NCBI RefSeq assembly: GCF_000143415.4 | Contig: NW_003314325.1 | Span: forward strand, 900,086 to 964,085 | Direction of reading: 5' to 3' | Length of the DNA: 64,000 nt | Source: Selaginella moellendorffii | Lineage: Eukaryota > Plantae > Lycopodiophyta | Shown: positions 25,568 to 37,846 of the stretch, piece after piece | How positions within the stretch are numbered: position 1 is the first letter of the stretch | Layout of the letters: each line of letters begins with the position of its first letter | The notes under the pieces: generated by a model | What the model was told of the DNA's origin: nothing | Databases searched by the model: none | What the model saw: only the letters and a program-made list of their open reading frames with translations | Made by a program: the position numbers and the translations under genes

Positions 25568-28246
25568 ATGGCACCACTAACCGCTTTTCTTATTCTTCTG
25601 GCTCAAATCCAGTGCTCGATGGGAGAGGTAAGTATTTTATTGAGTCTACATCGGTCGCTAACTGGTGCCATCGTAGGTTTATATAGTCTACATGGGGAAG
25701 AAAACCGTCGAAGACCACGAACTGGTAACGAAATCCCATCACGAAACGCTGGCCAGTGTGTTGGGAAGTGAAGATTTGGCAAAAGGTGCTATCTTGTACA
25801 GCTACCGGCATGGATTCAGCGGTTTCGCAGCAGATATGAATCCAAGGCATGCAAAAGCTTTGTCCAGTAAGTGGCTGTGCTCTCAGTTTTCAGGCTAATA
25901 CTTCTGCAACAGAGATGCCTGGAGTTGTGTCTGTGTTCCGCAGCAAAAAGGTGAAGCTGCATACAACTCACAGCTGGGACTTCCTTGGATTGGATGTCAT
26001 GAAGCCCAAAGGCATTTTGCAAGAATCGGGCTTCGGAGTGGACGTAATTGTTGGGGTTGTGGATTCAGGTGTTTGTTAAGTTTCACATTCTAGTGTGCAG
26101 CAGATACCAAAATTTCGGAACTTTTCTGCAGGTGTATGGCCTGAAGCTGAGAGTTTCAATGACAAATCAATGCCAGCAGTTCCCACAAGATGGAAGGGAA
26201 TATGTCAAATAGGCGAGAACTTCACGGCTTCAAACTGTAATAGGTTCGTTGTTGGGACCTCCGAGTGGCTTGGAACTTGGAAGTATAGCCGTTTCATGTG
26301 TTTTAACTGCATGAATGCAGGAAACTTATAGGAGCTCGATATTTCGACCAAAGTGTGGATCCTAGCGTGGAGGATTACAGATCACCCAGGGACAAAAACT
26401 CTCACGGCACGCATACATCGTCGACCGCTGTAGGCAGGCTCGTTTACGGAGCCAGCGATGATGAATTTGGCAGCGGAATAGCTCGTGGTGGAGCACCAAT
26501 GGCCAGGCTTGCAATGTACAAATTCTATGAAGAGAGTAGCAGCTTAGAAGCAGACATTATTTCTGCAATCGACTACGCAATTTATGACGGAGTCGACATC
26601 CTGTCCATTTCTGCAGGCATGGAAAATACGTACGACTACAACACGGATGGCATTGCAATTGCCGCATTTCATGCAGTCCAGAATGGGATTTTGGTTGTGG
26701 CAAGTGGTGGCAATTCGGGACCATATCCGTCCACAATCATTAACACTGCTCCCTGGATTCTGAGTGTGGGAGCAAGCACTATTGACCGGGGTTTCCATGC
26801 AAAGATCGTTCTTCCCGACAATGCTACCTCTTGCCAGGTTTGCAAAATGGCTGTATGAACCTTCATTTTTGAAGTTTTTGGACAGGCAACGCCATCACAG
26901 CACCGGACCGGTTCTGAAGTTGGATTGCATAGAATTGCCTCTGGAGAGGATGGGTATGCATACATTCGGACACTAGTATCTCTCTGATGAGGTGAATTCT
27001 CTGCAGCTATTGCACAGAAGCGAGATTGAATGGTACCACCCTGAGAGGGAAGTATGTCCTTTGCTTTGCTTCCAGCGCCGAGCTTCCCGTGGACATGGAT
27101 GCTATCGAAAAGGCTGGAGCCACCGGAATTATAATCACCGATACAGTCAGATCGATAACAGGAAGCTTGTCGCTCCCTATATTTGTAGTTCCAGTGCATG
27201 CGGTGTGCAGCTCTTAGGTCACAGATCACATGAGAAGTAAGCCAGATCGATCTTGTTTATCTTCATCATTTGAACTTGCCTACCTCAATTGCAGATCGTC
27301 AACGATCTATATCCATCCACCTGAAACTGTGACCGGGATTGGACCAGCCCCTGCTGTTGCAACCTTCTCAGCCAGGGGACCAAACCCAATTTCTCCTGAT
27401 ATTCTGAAGGTTTGTGAGTCCTTTGGTTTTCAAATTGATATATCACCGGCATTGCAGCCTGATATCATTGCTCCTGGCGTTGACATAATCGCTGCTATTC
27501 CTCCAAAAAGCCATTCAAGCAGCTCAGCAAAGAGTTTTGGAGCGAAGAGTGGCACGTCCATGTCCTGTCCTCACGTTTCCGGTGTTGCGGCTTTGCTTAA
27601 ATCCTTGCATCCAGATTGGAGCCCCTCCGCAATCAAGTCTGCAATTATGACAACAGGTATGTGGGTTTTGCAAGCTCTGTCCTGAAGTATCACGCTTGCA
27701 GCTTGGAACATGGACAACACAAGGGATATAATAACTGATAGTTTCACACTAAGTTATTCCAACCCCTTCGGATATGGTGCAGGACACATCAATCCAACCA
27801 AAGCAGCAGATCCAGGCCTTGTTTACGTTACCACTCCTCAAGACTATGCTCTCTTCTGCTGCAGTCTGGGCAGCATTTGCAAGATTGAACACTCCAAATG
27901 CTCGTCTCAGACTCTAGCAGCCACTGAGCTGAACTATCCCTCGATAACAATCTCCAATCTGGTGGGAGCCAAAACAGTGAAAAGAGTTGTGACAAACGTA
28001 GGGACACCATGCTCAAGTTACAGGGCAATCGTGGAAGAGCCGCATAGCGTCAGAGTTACAGTCAAACCGGACATTCTCCATTTCAACAGTTCCGTGACAA
28101 AGCTGTCTTATGAGATCACGTTTGAGGCTGCTCAAATAGTTCGTTCAGTGGGGCACTATGCTTTTGGCTCCATCACTTGGTCAGATGGCGTCCATTATGT
28201 ACGGAGCCCCATTAGTGTCCAGGTAAACGATTTCATTCGTGCTTGA
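25568..28246 (+). pseudogene. Subtilisin-like serine protease copy 2, same frameshift as copy 1
   Basis: Same exon structure as copy 3; stop at 27215-27217 after [12 protein letters not shown]. Confidence 0.85.
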
Positions 28247-28915
28247 CTGGGTGGTAAATAAACGACGAAATAAATGTTTCTTGCATCCTAAGCGAGAATC
28301 ATCTATGGTATGAATATAAACCATAAGACTTGCCCCTCTTTGATTTCAAAAGCAATTCAATGTTTCGTGAAGCCCCAAACCATTTACCATTTCAGTTGGC
28401 GAGTGCAACTGTGTTGTAAATCATTGCCTTTGTTCCAAAGCTATCAACAACGTGGGACTATTCCAGAAAACTACGACTTGCGATCAGGAATTGTTGACTC
28501 TTGACGATAGCCTGCTGCTTGTAGCGCTCGTGTCCACCATCGGTCTCCCAATCTGTTTCCAACAGTTCTTCAATCAATTGTAGAGGATAGCGATTCCAGA
28601 CAGTGAAGTCGATCACCAGGCTGCCGTCCTAAGATGGGTGCTCCAGTTGGAGATTGAATGAAGCCTGAAGCAAAATTCTCCTCAATATCGTACTGGCAGT
28701 GGACCCTTTGACTCTTGTAAAAGTCAACATAGTATTATCTTCAAATTATGTGAGCACAATGAGCTCCTCATTCTTTAGACACCACATTTTCTTAACTATT
28801 AAGTTTGTTTAACAGGTGTCAAGCTCAAAGCTACGTGTTGGAATCGACGTAGAACAGGTTTCCTTTCATCCCGAGAGCCCTCCCCCAAACTTGCTGAGAG
28901 ATCCTTCCATCCCAA

Positions 28916-30283
28916 ATGGTGAGGTCGGTGCCCGCCAATGAGAATCACATTCCTTCCGCAGTTGCCAGGCGAAGTGTTGCTTCCGGTAAGAAACTCGAAT
29001 ACAGAAAAGATCTCTATACGAATGCATTGCTCCAGCATGGAAGAGCTACGCCATAGCAGCGACACTGGGTGTTCTTCTCTCGTGGGCTTACTTGTCTGGA
29101 GTGAAGGCTCCGCCTCCTCGAATTTGCGGGCAGCCGAATGGACCTCCAGTGACCGCTCCAAGGATTGTTCTTAGTGATGGTAGAAAATTGGCTTACAGTG
29201 AAAGAGGGGTTCCAAAGGAACAAGCAAAACACAAACTCATTGTTGTGCATGGCCTTGAAGGGTCCAGACACCAATCCCTTTCACTGGTATCACAGGTATG
29301 GTTTCTAGGATTTTCCAAGTTCGGTTTTAAGAATGAAACAAGCAACTCTTCTCATTAACTTCCACCGTGTTTTGGTCTTTCCTAGGAGCTTCTCGAGGAG
29401 CTGAGTGTGTACATGGTGTCTTACGATCGAGCCGGTTATGGACAGAGCGACCCAAATCCAACACGAACCGTGAAGTCGGAGGCTTTCGACGTTGAAGAAC
29501 TCGCAGACCAACTTGAGCTGGGGCCAAAGTTTTACTTGGCATCTATCTCGATTGGAGGCTACACCGCTTGGTCTTGCCTTTACTACATCCCCCACAGGTA
29601 AAACGTTCATTCCATGTCTCATAGTTCTTTTCGTTTCGTTGTTCGGAGAACTAACTTTTCGCTATAGATTGGCTGGAGTTTTGATGTTCTCGCCCGTCAC
29701 AAACTTCTGGTGGTCGAAGCTCCCATCCCGGGAAGCCTACAATGCGTTTCACACGCAGGCCATTGGAGACAAGCTCGCGCTGCTCGTCGCTCACTACACC
29801 CCTTCCTTCCTCTACTTTTGGATGACACAAAAGCTTCTCCCAACCTCGAGCACCATGGGAGCGCTCCACTTACATTGCAACCCAATGGACAGGGACACAA
29901 TACTCGGAGGAAAACCGGATCCTGCTGTAAGTTTCAATACTCCCGATTGTTTCTATGATACTCATGTAGTTTTCATCGTCCAGATTGCCGAAGAGGCAAT
30001 GCAGCAGGGGATCTTCGAGTCGAAAATACGCGACAAGATGGTCATGTTTGGCAACTGGGAGTTCGACCCCTCGGAAGTCCCGGATCCATTCCCGAGCAAG
30101 AATGGGTCGGTTCACATATGGCAGGGTGACGAAGACTGTCTCGTCCCTGTGGCGTTGCAGCGCGCTGTCCATCGATCCCTCCCGTGGATCCAGTATCATG
30201 AACTTGCCGGGGTTGGGCATTTGCTCCATGCTGCGCCGGGTGTGACTGAGAAAGCATTTCGCCAGCTCTTCCAATCATCCTGA
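28916..30283 (+). CDS. Membrane-anchored alpha/beta-hydrolase, copy 1 (intact; start codon uncertain)
   Basis: Spliced: TM anchor, PPPRICGQPNGPPVTAPRIVLSDGRKLAY, VHG, YDRAGYGQSDP, nucleophile SISIG, WQGDED, GHLLH. Confidence 0.8.
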
Positions 30284-30477
30284 TACCCAATGAACACGTC
30301 ACTGTGGATGTAAAATATGCTAATTTACAAAAATGTTTTACGGCCTTTCATTGACTTCGCATTGACGCTGTTGACTTTACATTGACCATGTTGACTTTCA
30401 TAGAGCTTCGACACCATGGAGGGGAAAATGCTGGAATCTTAGCGTTCCAGCTTCTCGGGAGCAATGCTCTTGCTTTT

Positions 30478-32817
30478 TCAAACGCTGGCCAGCAAGAGAT
30501 CATACCCAGCGCCATCCCTGGCATCCATCCTCACCAGATTCTCAAACGCGGCTCTGGCGAGATCATAGCTCTCCCACCGCCGGCAAGAGCTCAAGATCGT
30601 CCTCCACGCCACCGCATTCGCCCGGAAGGGCATCGATCGCAGCAGCTCCACCGCGGCATCCAGCTCGTTGGCTCGACCCAAGAGATCCACCATGCACACG
30701 TAGTGCTCCATCTCCGGCTCCACGCCATACCTCTCCGCCATCGCTGCGAAGAACTCCTTCCCCTTCTCCACCAGCCCGCCGTGGCTACACGCCGCCAGCA
30801 CGCTCTGGATCGTCACGGCGTTGGGCGCCACTCCGTCCTCGACCATCGCTCCAAACAGCGCGATCGCGCGCTGGGACTCGCGGCTGTGGGCGGTGATGAT
30901 CGACGTCCACGCGATCACGCCTCTGGATCCAGCGCCATCGAAGATGCGATCCGCGAGGAGGAGAGCTCCACACTTTCCATACGCGTCCACCAGCGCCGCC
31001 ACTAGAATCTCCTCCTCCGCCAGCCCCGACCGGCAAATCTCGCCATGGATCACTCGCGCGGCGTCCAGCGCCGCCGCCATCGCCGCCGCCTTGAGCCCCG
31101 CCGCGTAGCAGTGAGCGTCCGGCGCGATGGAGCTCGCGCTCGCGAGGATCATGCTCCAGAAGAGATCCAGCGCCGCTCCAGCCTCGCCACTCTCGCAGCA
31201 CGCCAGCAGCAGCGACGTGATCGCCACCACGTCGCAGCGATCGATCGACTGGAAAGCTCGCCGCGCGTCGTCCAAGCTCCCACACTTGGAGTAGAGATCC
31301 ACAAGCGAGCTCGCCACCTTGCTCGAGACGGCTAAAGCTTGGGAGTGTAGCTCCATCCCTCTCTCCAGAGCTCCAAGCTTGACGAGTTTGCCCTCGTCCA
31401 TCTCCACGCTCTCCTCACGGGCCGCCATAGCCATGCAAGCTTTGAGCGCTGGAAGAAGAATGGAGCCACTGCCGCCACCGCCGCCACTTGGATCTTGTCT
31501 CATCCATTCTAGAGCTAGCTCCACGGCGAGCTCGGGCACCTCGTTCTCGGCATAGCCGAGCACCAAAACGTTCCACGACACGGAAGTGTGAGCCGGCATC
31601 CTATCGAAAACCCGGCGAGCATCGACCAAGCTTCCACACTTTGCGTACATTCCCACCAAGCTGTTGGCCACGAAGGTGTCCGAGTCTTGTGAAGATCTCG
31701 CTGCCTGAGAGTGAATCGCCATCCCGGTTTCCAAAGCTTCCAGCTTTCTCGCATCAAACGCTCGGGAGCTTCTTGCCAAGACTTTCTTTCTTCTATCAAC
31801 CTGGACGCTCTTTCCCGGGAAAGTTTCCATCCTTCTTCCATCGATCTGTGAGCTATCTTCCTGTTGAGAGCTCCTTGCCGAGGCTTCCATCTTCCTCCCA
31901 TCCATCTGCGGCTTTCTTTCTGCCTTTGTTCTGTCTCTCTGCGAGGCGATTGTCGTGCAAGCCTTGAGAGCAGCGACGAAAGCTCGAGCATTGGGAGCGC
32001 AGCCCCGGCGTTGCATGCTCCCAAACAGCTCAAGCGCCGTCTCTCCCTGCCCGTTGTCCGCGTAGCCGAGCATGAGAGCGGTGTAAGTCACAACGTCGCA
32101 GCTGGGCATCTTGTCGAAAACTCGCCGAGCCAGCACCAAGCTCCCACACTTTGCGTACATGTCCACGAGACTGCTCGTCACAAAAGCGTCCGACTCGCAG
32201 TGCACCATCGCTGCCTGTGAGTGAATTTCGAGGCCTTGCTCCAGAGCTCGCAACTTCAAACGAGCTCCGTCGTGACTTTGTTGCTCAGCTTCTTTCGCTG
32301 CCAAGTTACTGCAAGCTCTGAGGGCGGCCACGAAAGTTCCAGCATTTGGAGCGTAGCCTCCGAGTTTCATGTTGAAGAAGAGCTTGAGAGCGAGCTCTTC
32401 TTCGCCATTGCTTGCGTATCCCAGCATGAGAGCGTTCCAGAGAACCGTGTCCTGGTTGAGAGTCGAGTTGAAAACCTTTAGTGCCTCCCCCATGCTCTCG
32501 CATTTTGCGTACATGTTGATCAAGGAGGTGGCGATGAATGTGTCCGACTGCAGCCCGATCTCGGTGGCTCGAGAGTGAAGGATTTTTCCCGTGCGGAGGT
32601 CTCTTGAGCTCGTGCATACCTTCAGCGCAGCAAGTAACTTGGATCTCGCTGCTCCGTTTGCAAGCATACAAGGATGCAAAGGCTGCAAAACAAAGACATG
32701 ACAAAATGATGAAGCATTCACTAATGCTTTAGCTGAATGAAAGTGCAAGGTACCTATATCACTGTTGAAGGCATTTGGGTCGAAGCAGCGCAATCCAAAA
32801 GAGCAGCAAAACTTCAT
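30478..32817 (-). CDS. PLS-class PPR protein with insertion loops, E-type end, copy 1 (true start may be the downstream MLANG)
   Basis: 779-aa ORF; SLVDMYAKCGSL..ARRVF repeats; CSHGGLV...HYVCMVDLLGR. Confidence 0.9.
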   Translation of the reverse strand: MKFCCSFGLRCFDPNAFNSDIGTLHFHSAKALVNASSFCHVFVLQPLHPCMLANGAARSKLLAALKVCTSSRDLRTGKILHSRATEIGLQSDTFIATSLINMYAKCESMGEALKVFNSTLNQDTVLWNALMLGYASNGEEELALKLFFNMKLGGYAPNAGTFVAALRACSNLAAKEAEQQSHDGARLKLRALEQGLEIHSQAAMVHCESDAFVTSSLVDMYAKCGSLVLARRVFDKMPSCDVVTYTALMLGYADNGQGETALELFGSMQRRGCAPNARAFVAALKACTTIASQRDRTKAERKPQMDGRKMEASARSSQQEDSSQIDGRRMETFPGKSVQVDRRKKVLARSSRAFDARKLEALETGMAIHSQAARSSQDSDTFVANSLVGMYAKCGSLVDARRVFDRMPAHTSVSWNVLVLGYAENEVPELAVELALEWMRQDPSGGGGGSGSILLPALKACMAMAAREESVEMDEGKLVKLGALERGMELHSQALAVSSKVASSLVDLYSKCGSLDDARRAFQSIDRCDVVAITSLLLACCESGEAGAALDLFWSMILASASSIAPDAHCYAAGLKAAAMAAALDAARVIHGEICRSGLAEEEILVAALVDAYGKCGALLLADRIFDGAGSRGVIAWTSIITAHSRESQRAIALFGAMVEDGVAPNAVTIQSVLAACSHGGLVEKGKEFFAAMAERYGVEPEMEHYVCMVDLLGRANELDAAVELLRSMPFRANAVAWRTILSSCRRWESYDLARAAFENLVRMDARDGAGYDLLLASV

Positions 32818-32927
32818 CTATCTGCAACAAAACCCTAGAGAAGTTCCTCCAACAGAAGTCTTAGTCTTTGTTGTCAATCTTTCAATTAAGAGATTAAATA
32901 AAAGAATCGTCTTGAAGTACCTATCTT

Positions 32928-34176
32928 TCACTCTGCGATGGAAATTGCAACCGCAGTTCCGATTCCACAGGTTAATGCAAACAGCTGGAGCAATGTGCTC
33001 TTGATAGAGCTTCCTTGCTGATGCATTTCAGGTATAACTCCTGCCAAGGAGATGTACAAAAAGCCTCCGGCCGTGAACGCCTGCAAGAGTTTCTAAAAGT
33101 CAGTTGCGGTCCATCTCGTAAGATTTTAATACCTCAATCACCGATGACTGCTCGGGATTGGCCCCAAAAACCAGCGCCTGGATTGAGTTTCAACCATGTG
33201 AACACCACAAAACCGAAATGGCTAGCTAGCTACACATACCACGGCAGTGCCAGCCAAAGCAACCAACGCAGACAAAAAGTTGAATGCCAAAGCCTTGAAA
33301 ACAGTGAAGCCAGATCTTACAAGAATTCCAAAATCTCCAACCTGAAATATACGAGCGATTAAGAAAGCAGCAATGCCAAGAGAGTTATAACCTCTTGAGG
33401 AAGCTCGTGGACAAGAAGGAAGAACGTTCTGGACCAGCCTCCTTTTGTTCCATATAGAAGAAAAGCTGCTCCTATCGCCATTCCGTCGGTGAAGTTATGC
33501 TGCGAAAATAATGAGCTTAAAGCATGATAGGAGCATTCCAAAGCTGCAACCATACCACTCCGTCGGAGAACAGGTTCAGATAACCCAGCACAAGTTTAGA
33601 TCCATCAGCGTTCTTCTGTGCTTTTTTCTTCTTGGAATTTTTTGGAGGGATCTTTTCAGTTTCCTGAAGCGAAGTTTGTTCGTTGAGGCGAAACAAAAGA
33701 GCTTCAGGAAAAACTTACAGAACTTTTGTCGCAGTCAGGTGCATTACCATCATTTTTTTTGGGATGGTGGTGATGTGAATGCGAAGTTTGAAAACCGTGC
33801 TCCTCGACGTAGCGCACTATCTTCTCAACCATGAAGAACAGTAAAATTCCGGCTGCGCAGAAGCATACTACTGTTATCAGAAAACTTCTTACAACAATTT
33901 TACGTACCGAGAACACAAAGTCCAGTTGAGATCTCCTTAAGCGAATGAGCGTGACCTCCGTTATCATGATCGTGTGAATGATGGGAATGAGAGTGCGAAT
34001 GCGTAGAATGGCTTGAATCTCCAAACGCGTGAGGCAGCTGGTGGAGGAACGCATCGCCCATCATGGCACCTCCCTGCCGGTAAAATTCTAAGACCTGTTC
34101 TAAATAACCAGGTTCAAGAACTTACTCCAAATGCCGCCAAAGTGTTCACAAAATTCGCAGGAGGAGGTCCTTTAGC
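32928..34176 (-). pseudogene. 5'-truncated copy of the IAR1-like ZIP transporter
   Basis: Matches 44831-46079; lacks the first exons and the exon acceptor is destroyed at the duplication junction. Confidence 0.85.
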
Positions 34177-34409
34177 AGTAGGCAACGTACTAAAGCGAAT
34201 CGTATTCTCTATACTTGTTTTTGGTAAGCCTTTCGAGTGATTAGATTGATGATGCAAGTGACTTTCTTTCTGTCTCTGTAGGAAATCGAATTACAAGACA
34301 AACTGCTGTAGGCACGACGATGGCAATCGGTGGAGTTGCCTTCTACTCTTTTGCAAAAGCTAAACTAGACGAGATGAAACAACGAGCTCTTATGAATCAA
34401 AAGCATTAG
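34175..34409 (+). pseudogene. TPT 3' fragment (last 1.5 exons) at the duplication junction
   Basis: Copy of 20166-20407 with a 9-nt deletion. Confidence 0.85.
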
Positions 34410-37400
34410 TTTTGGATTTGGTCTACCCGCCTCGACTGCATCACCATGCAATTGACATGCTAGGCTGAGAACATCGTGGACTGGAAAGCTATCTTCTTTG
34501 ACCAAACTGGACTCGAGTCAAGAAAGGCTAACGAACGCTACCTTGTGTCCAGCTTCATCCACCTTGGGCCGCAAACTTGAAGCCCCAAGAGAAGACGTTT
34601 TTGTCGGCGATGGCATCGTGCGCTTGCCATACATGTCCACCAGAGGATTGCCGATACTGGTGGAGTGGCGGCCATGGAATCGCAGCTGCGCTTGGATGCG
34701 TCCCACATTTCGACACAAGGGACCCAAACTCCTCCGCATCGATCACAATGTCCGTGCTCCTGGAGCGCTGGATCTCTTCCATCGAATACTGGAGCTGGAC
34801 GACTTGGTCCACTCCACCGCGCTCCAATCCAATCGCTCGTGGTCCTCAAGTGGACCAGATCATTGAGCCATGAGAGCTGGCGCTGGAGAACGCCATCCTG
34901 GAGATGTATGCACGGTCATGCCCACACCGACTTGGCGAGCAGGAGCGTCTTGGATGCTTCTAACTTAGATATTTAATTCAAAACATATAAGAGATCTACC
35001 AGCGATTTTGCCGACGCTCCACAGGGAGGAGCACCGCCAATCCAATGAATCTAGTAAAGCGCAACATTGATAGCGATGGAAATGAAAAAGTCAGGGATCA
35101 CTCGATCCTAGTTTCTATCGCATCCCTCGATGATGAGGAGCTGATCTTACTGATCTCTACCACGGCATCTTGTTCCACATACACACATGGGACACTGTAC
35201 AAAGCTCTATCGTGCCTCTCTATCTTGATCCACCACGATTCCCACTTCGACCTTCACGCGTGAAAGAATGAGAGATCTCAAGCTCGAGTCTGCAAATCAA
35301 CTCAAAACGATAAGAACCCAGAAAGATAACAAAGAGCATCTGCGCTCTACCTTGGTCTCCATGGCGACCACAAGCTTGGAAGGAGCCATTTCTATGGTAA
35401 ACAAGAGAAAGAATAAGAAAAACGAAGGGGCAGGCTCCCATTGATAAAGGCCGAGGGGTCACATACTCACATAAAGGCTGGCACAGACTTTGAAGAAATG
35501 CAAGGTGTTGTTCACTGAGTGGCCAAGAGATGACGTTGATAACCATGGTAGCACCACCATTTGGTTCACTCGATAAAATAAAAAGTTTTCTATGTTAGTG
35601 TGGAATCGAGGACATGGTTGATCAGGAGAAGAAAGATGGCAGATAATATCATTAGACGCGAGCAACGTGGGCTCGCAGCAATCCTTATTTGCTCGAACAT
35701 TGCGTTCTGGTAAAGGTGACGTTCGTGGGACAGCCGCATTCGCTGGTACAAGTCAAAGGCGAGGTCACCGTAGCCATTGACGGAGTACGCAGCGATCAAG
35801 CTGTTCCAGGATACAACATCCTTGCGTGGCATTGTTTCGAAAGTTGTCCTGGCGTCGCCCAAGCTCGCGCACCTCGCTGACGAGGGCGTTCCGGATTTGA
35901 GCTTCGTTCTCTCGGCTGCCGCTCGTCGCAAAGCTCTCTTCGAAATTGGAGTGGATCAGCCTCGTGGTGTGCAAGTCGACTGGTCCCGTGCAAGCGTTCA
36001 TGATCGAGAGAGGCAACGTCGTTTGCCCTCGAGCTCCATTCTCTGGTAGAGCTGAAGCGATTCCGAGTTGAGACCCTGATGGCGTTCCAAAGATCATGTC
36101 GCACGATTCTTTGAACACGCTCCGTTTCCACAGATGCTCATCAAAGAGTTGCAAACAACAGTGTCGGAGGACACTCGAAGGCCCCTAGAGCTCCATACGC
36201 GAGTAGATGCCGAGAGCTTCCATGAAGCCCGAGAAAGACGCATAGGCGACGATGAGAGTGTTCCGGGAGATCACGCCGGGGTGGTCCGGGACACCCCTGA
36301 TTCAAGTGATGTCATATCCTAGATAAAAGAGCCTGTAATGTAACGTATTGTCTCTTTGTATTGCCAGTAAACTATTTCAACCACAATGCTCATTGTGGGG
36401 GCAAGAAAAGCAAGCAAGCATACGCAGAGTTGTCCACCTGCACCAGACAGGGACTCTTAACTTAGACTCCACCTCAGCTCCTCCATAATATACTTGTCAT
36501 TAATTCAAACCTTTGATCTTTTTCAAGAGATATTTTGAGAAACAGAAAAATCTGGTGACCTGCTGATGCCCAGTGCGGGCAATCCAAAGATACACGAGCA
36601 CCTACACGACGCTTCTTTCATGCTGTGACGATCAGGGCGATGGAGATGCTTGTGTCGTGAGGGCTGGGATCGAATGGGACGTCGCCATGTCCACTGCATT
36701 GGGGCGCTTCTGCTCAGTGGACTCGACCTTAAAAACTCCCAAGCTTAAAAGTCTTAGCAATGATGGAACAGCGTAGCTCTTCCATGCTAGAGCACTGACT
36801 TCTCCAGCCAGCCAAGCTTCCTGGAGTGATTCCTTAGAATCTCTGTGGCACACACTCCTCAAGGAGCGACCGAACAAGGTTGCCCTGCTCCAGAGCCAAG
36901 CAAGACCTCGCCAGCCTAAGGAACGCTACCTTATGTGTCCTTGCTTCGCTCACTCCCTCTACCCTCTTTGCTGCTAGCGTAGGCCGTGATCAAGAATCCC
37001 AATAGAAGACGTATGCGCGTGCGTCGTGCGCGCTGCCATATGGAATCGCAGCTGCCTGCTTCTGCCACTTAAACATAGAAAATATTCTAATTGTTTAGAG
37101 AATATTCACAGCTAAGCACATCGGCACCGTTGATCGTTGATCACATCCCAGCCGTCGGCGAAACGCCATCCCAGCCGATGATTATTTGTCCTAGAACTGT
37201 CTTTCAGCACTTTGCAACCTGCCTCGGCCTGATATCTTAATTGTAGAGGTCTGTTTGTGGCTGAATTTCCAGGCGTCATTCTCGCATCAGCATACTCATA
37301 CCAGTACCACATTAAGTGTAAAGCCAGTGCCACATACCGCCTCATAAACAGCAGATTCACCACTTCAGGCTTGCATACATTTGTAGAATTAATCACCACA

Positions 37401-37846
37401 AGTATCTTAAAAGTAAAGGCTCCAGGTTGAATTGACACATATTCTTCTATCCGCACTAAGAGATTACGCAGCTTTGAACAGGAACGGCTTGTTCATCGAC
37501 TTTCTTCGTAGAGAGAATGTTTTTACATGCAGGATCATCGATGGACGAAGCCTAATGTGCTTCTCGATTTTATTTTTCATCTGCAATGAGTACTGTGCAT
37601 TGTTCCTGTTCGATCCTGCAATCAAAGTTCTGCTGCAGTGAATTGCTGGGGAAGTGGCAGCACTACAACCCCATTGGCTGTTTGCGGCTCCACTACTAGT
37701 GGTCGGATTCAAATCGCAACTAAAGAAAATTCGAGTGCCTGGAGGCCCACACAGTACATCTGATCAGAATGCTGAGCCTCTATATCAACCCCCGGGTATG
37801 CTCGGAAAGCAGCTAGGGATTTTCCATTGCATTGCACTCCTGAAGA

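Larger units (their letters stand above)
20166..34176 (+). repeat. Tandem segmental duplication, unit 1
   Basis: Colinear with 34175-46079 (TPT 3' end, PPR fragments, subtilase, hydrolase, PPR, ZIP 3' part). Confidence 0.92.

Noticed and set aside
27140-27240. Alternative splicing rescuing the subtilase frameshift
   Set aside because: The available GT (gtcaga) and AG sites give the wrong phase and still hit a stop
28400-28700. Short minus-strand open stretch between subtilase and hydrolase (also ~40700-40940)
   Set aside because: No start or recognisable homology; frame differs by an indel between the two copies
30382-33004. Numerous overlapping ORFs antisense or out of frame to GC-rich PPR genes
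   Set aside because: Expected shadows of high-GC coding sequence; no independent motifs
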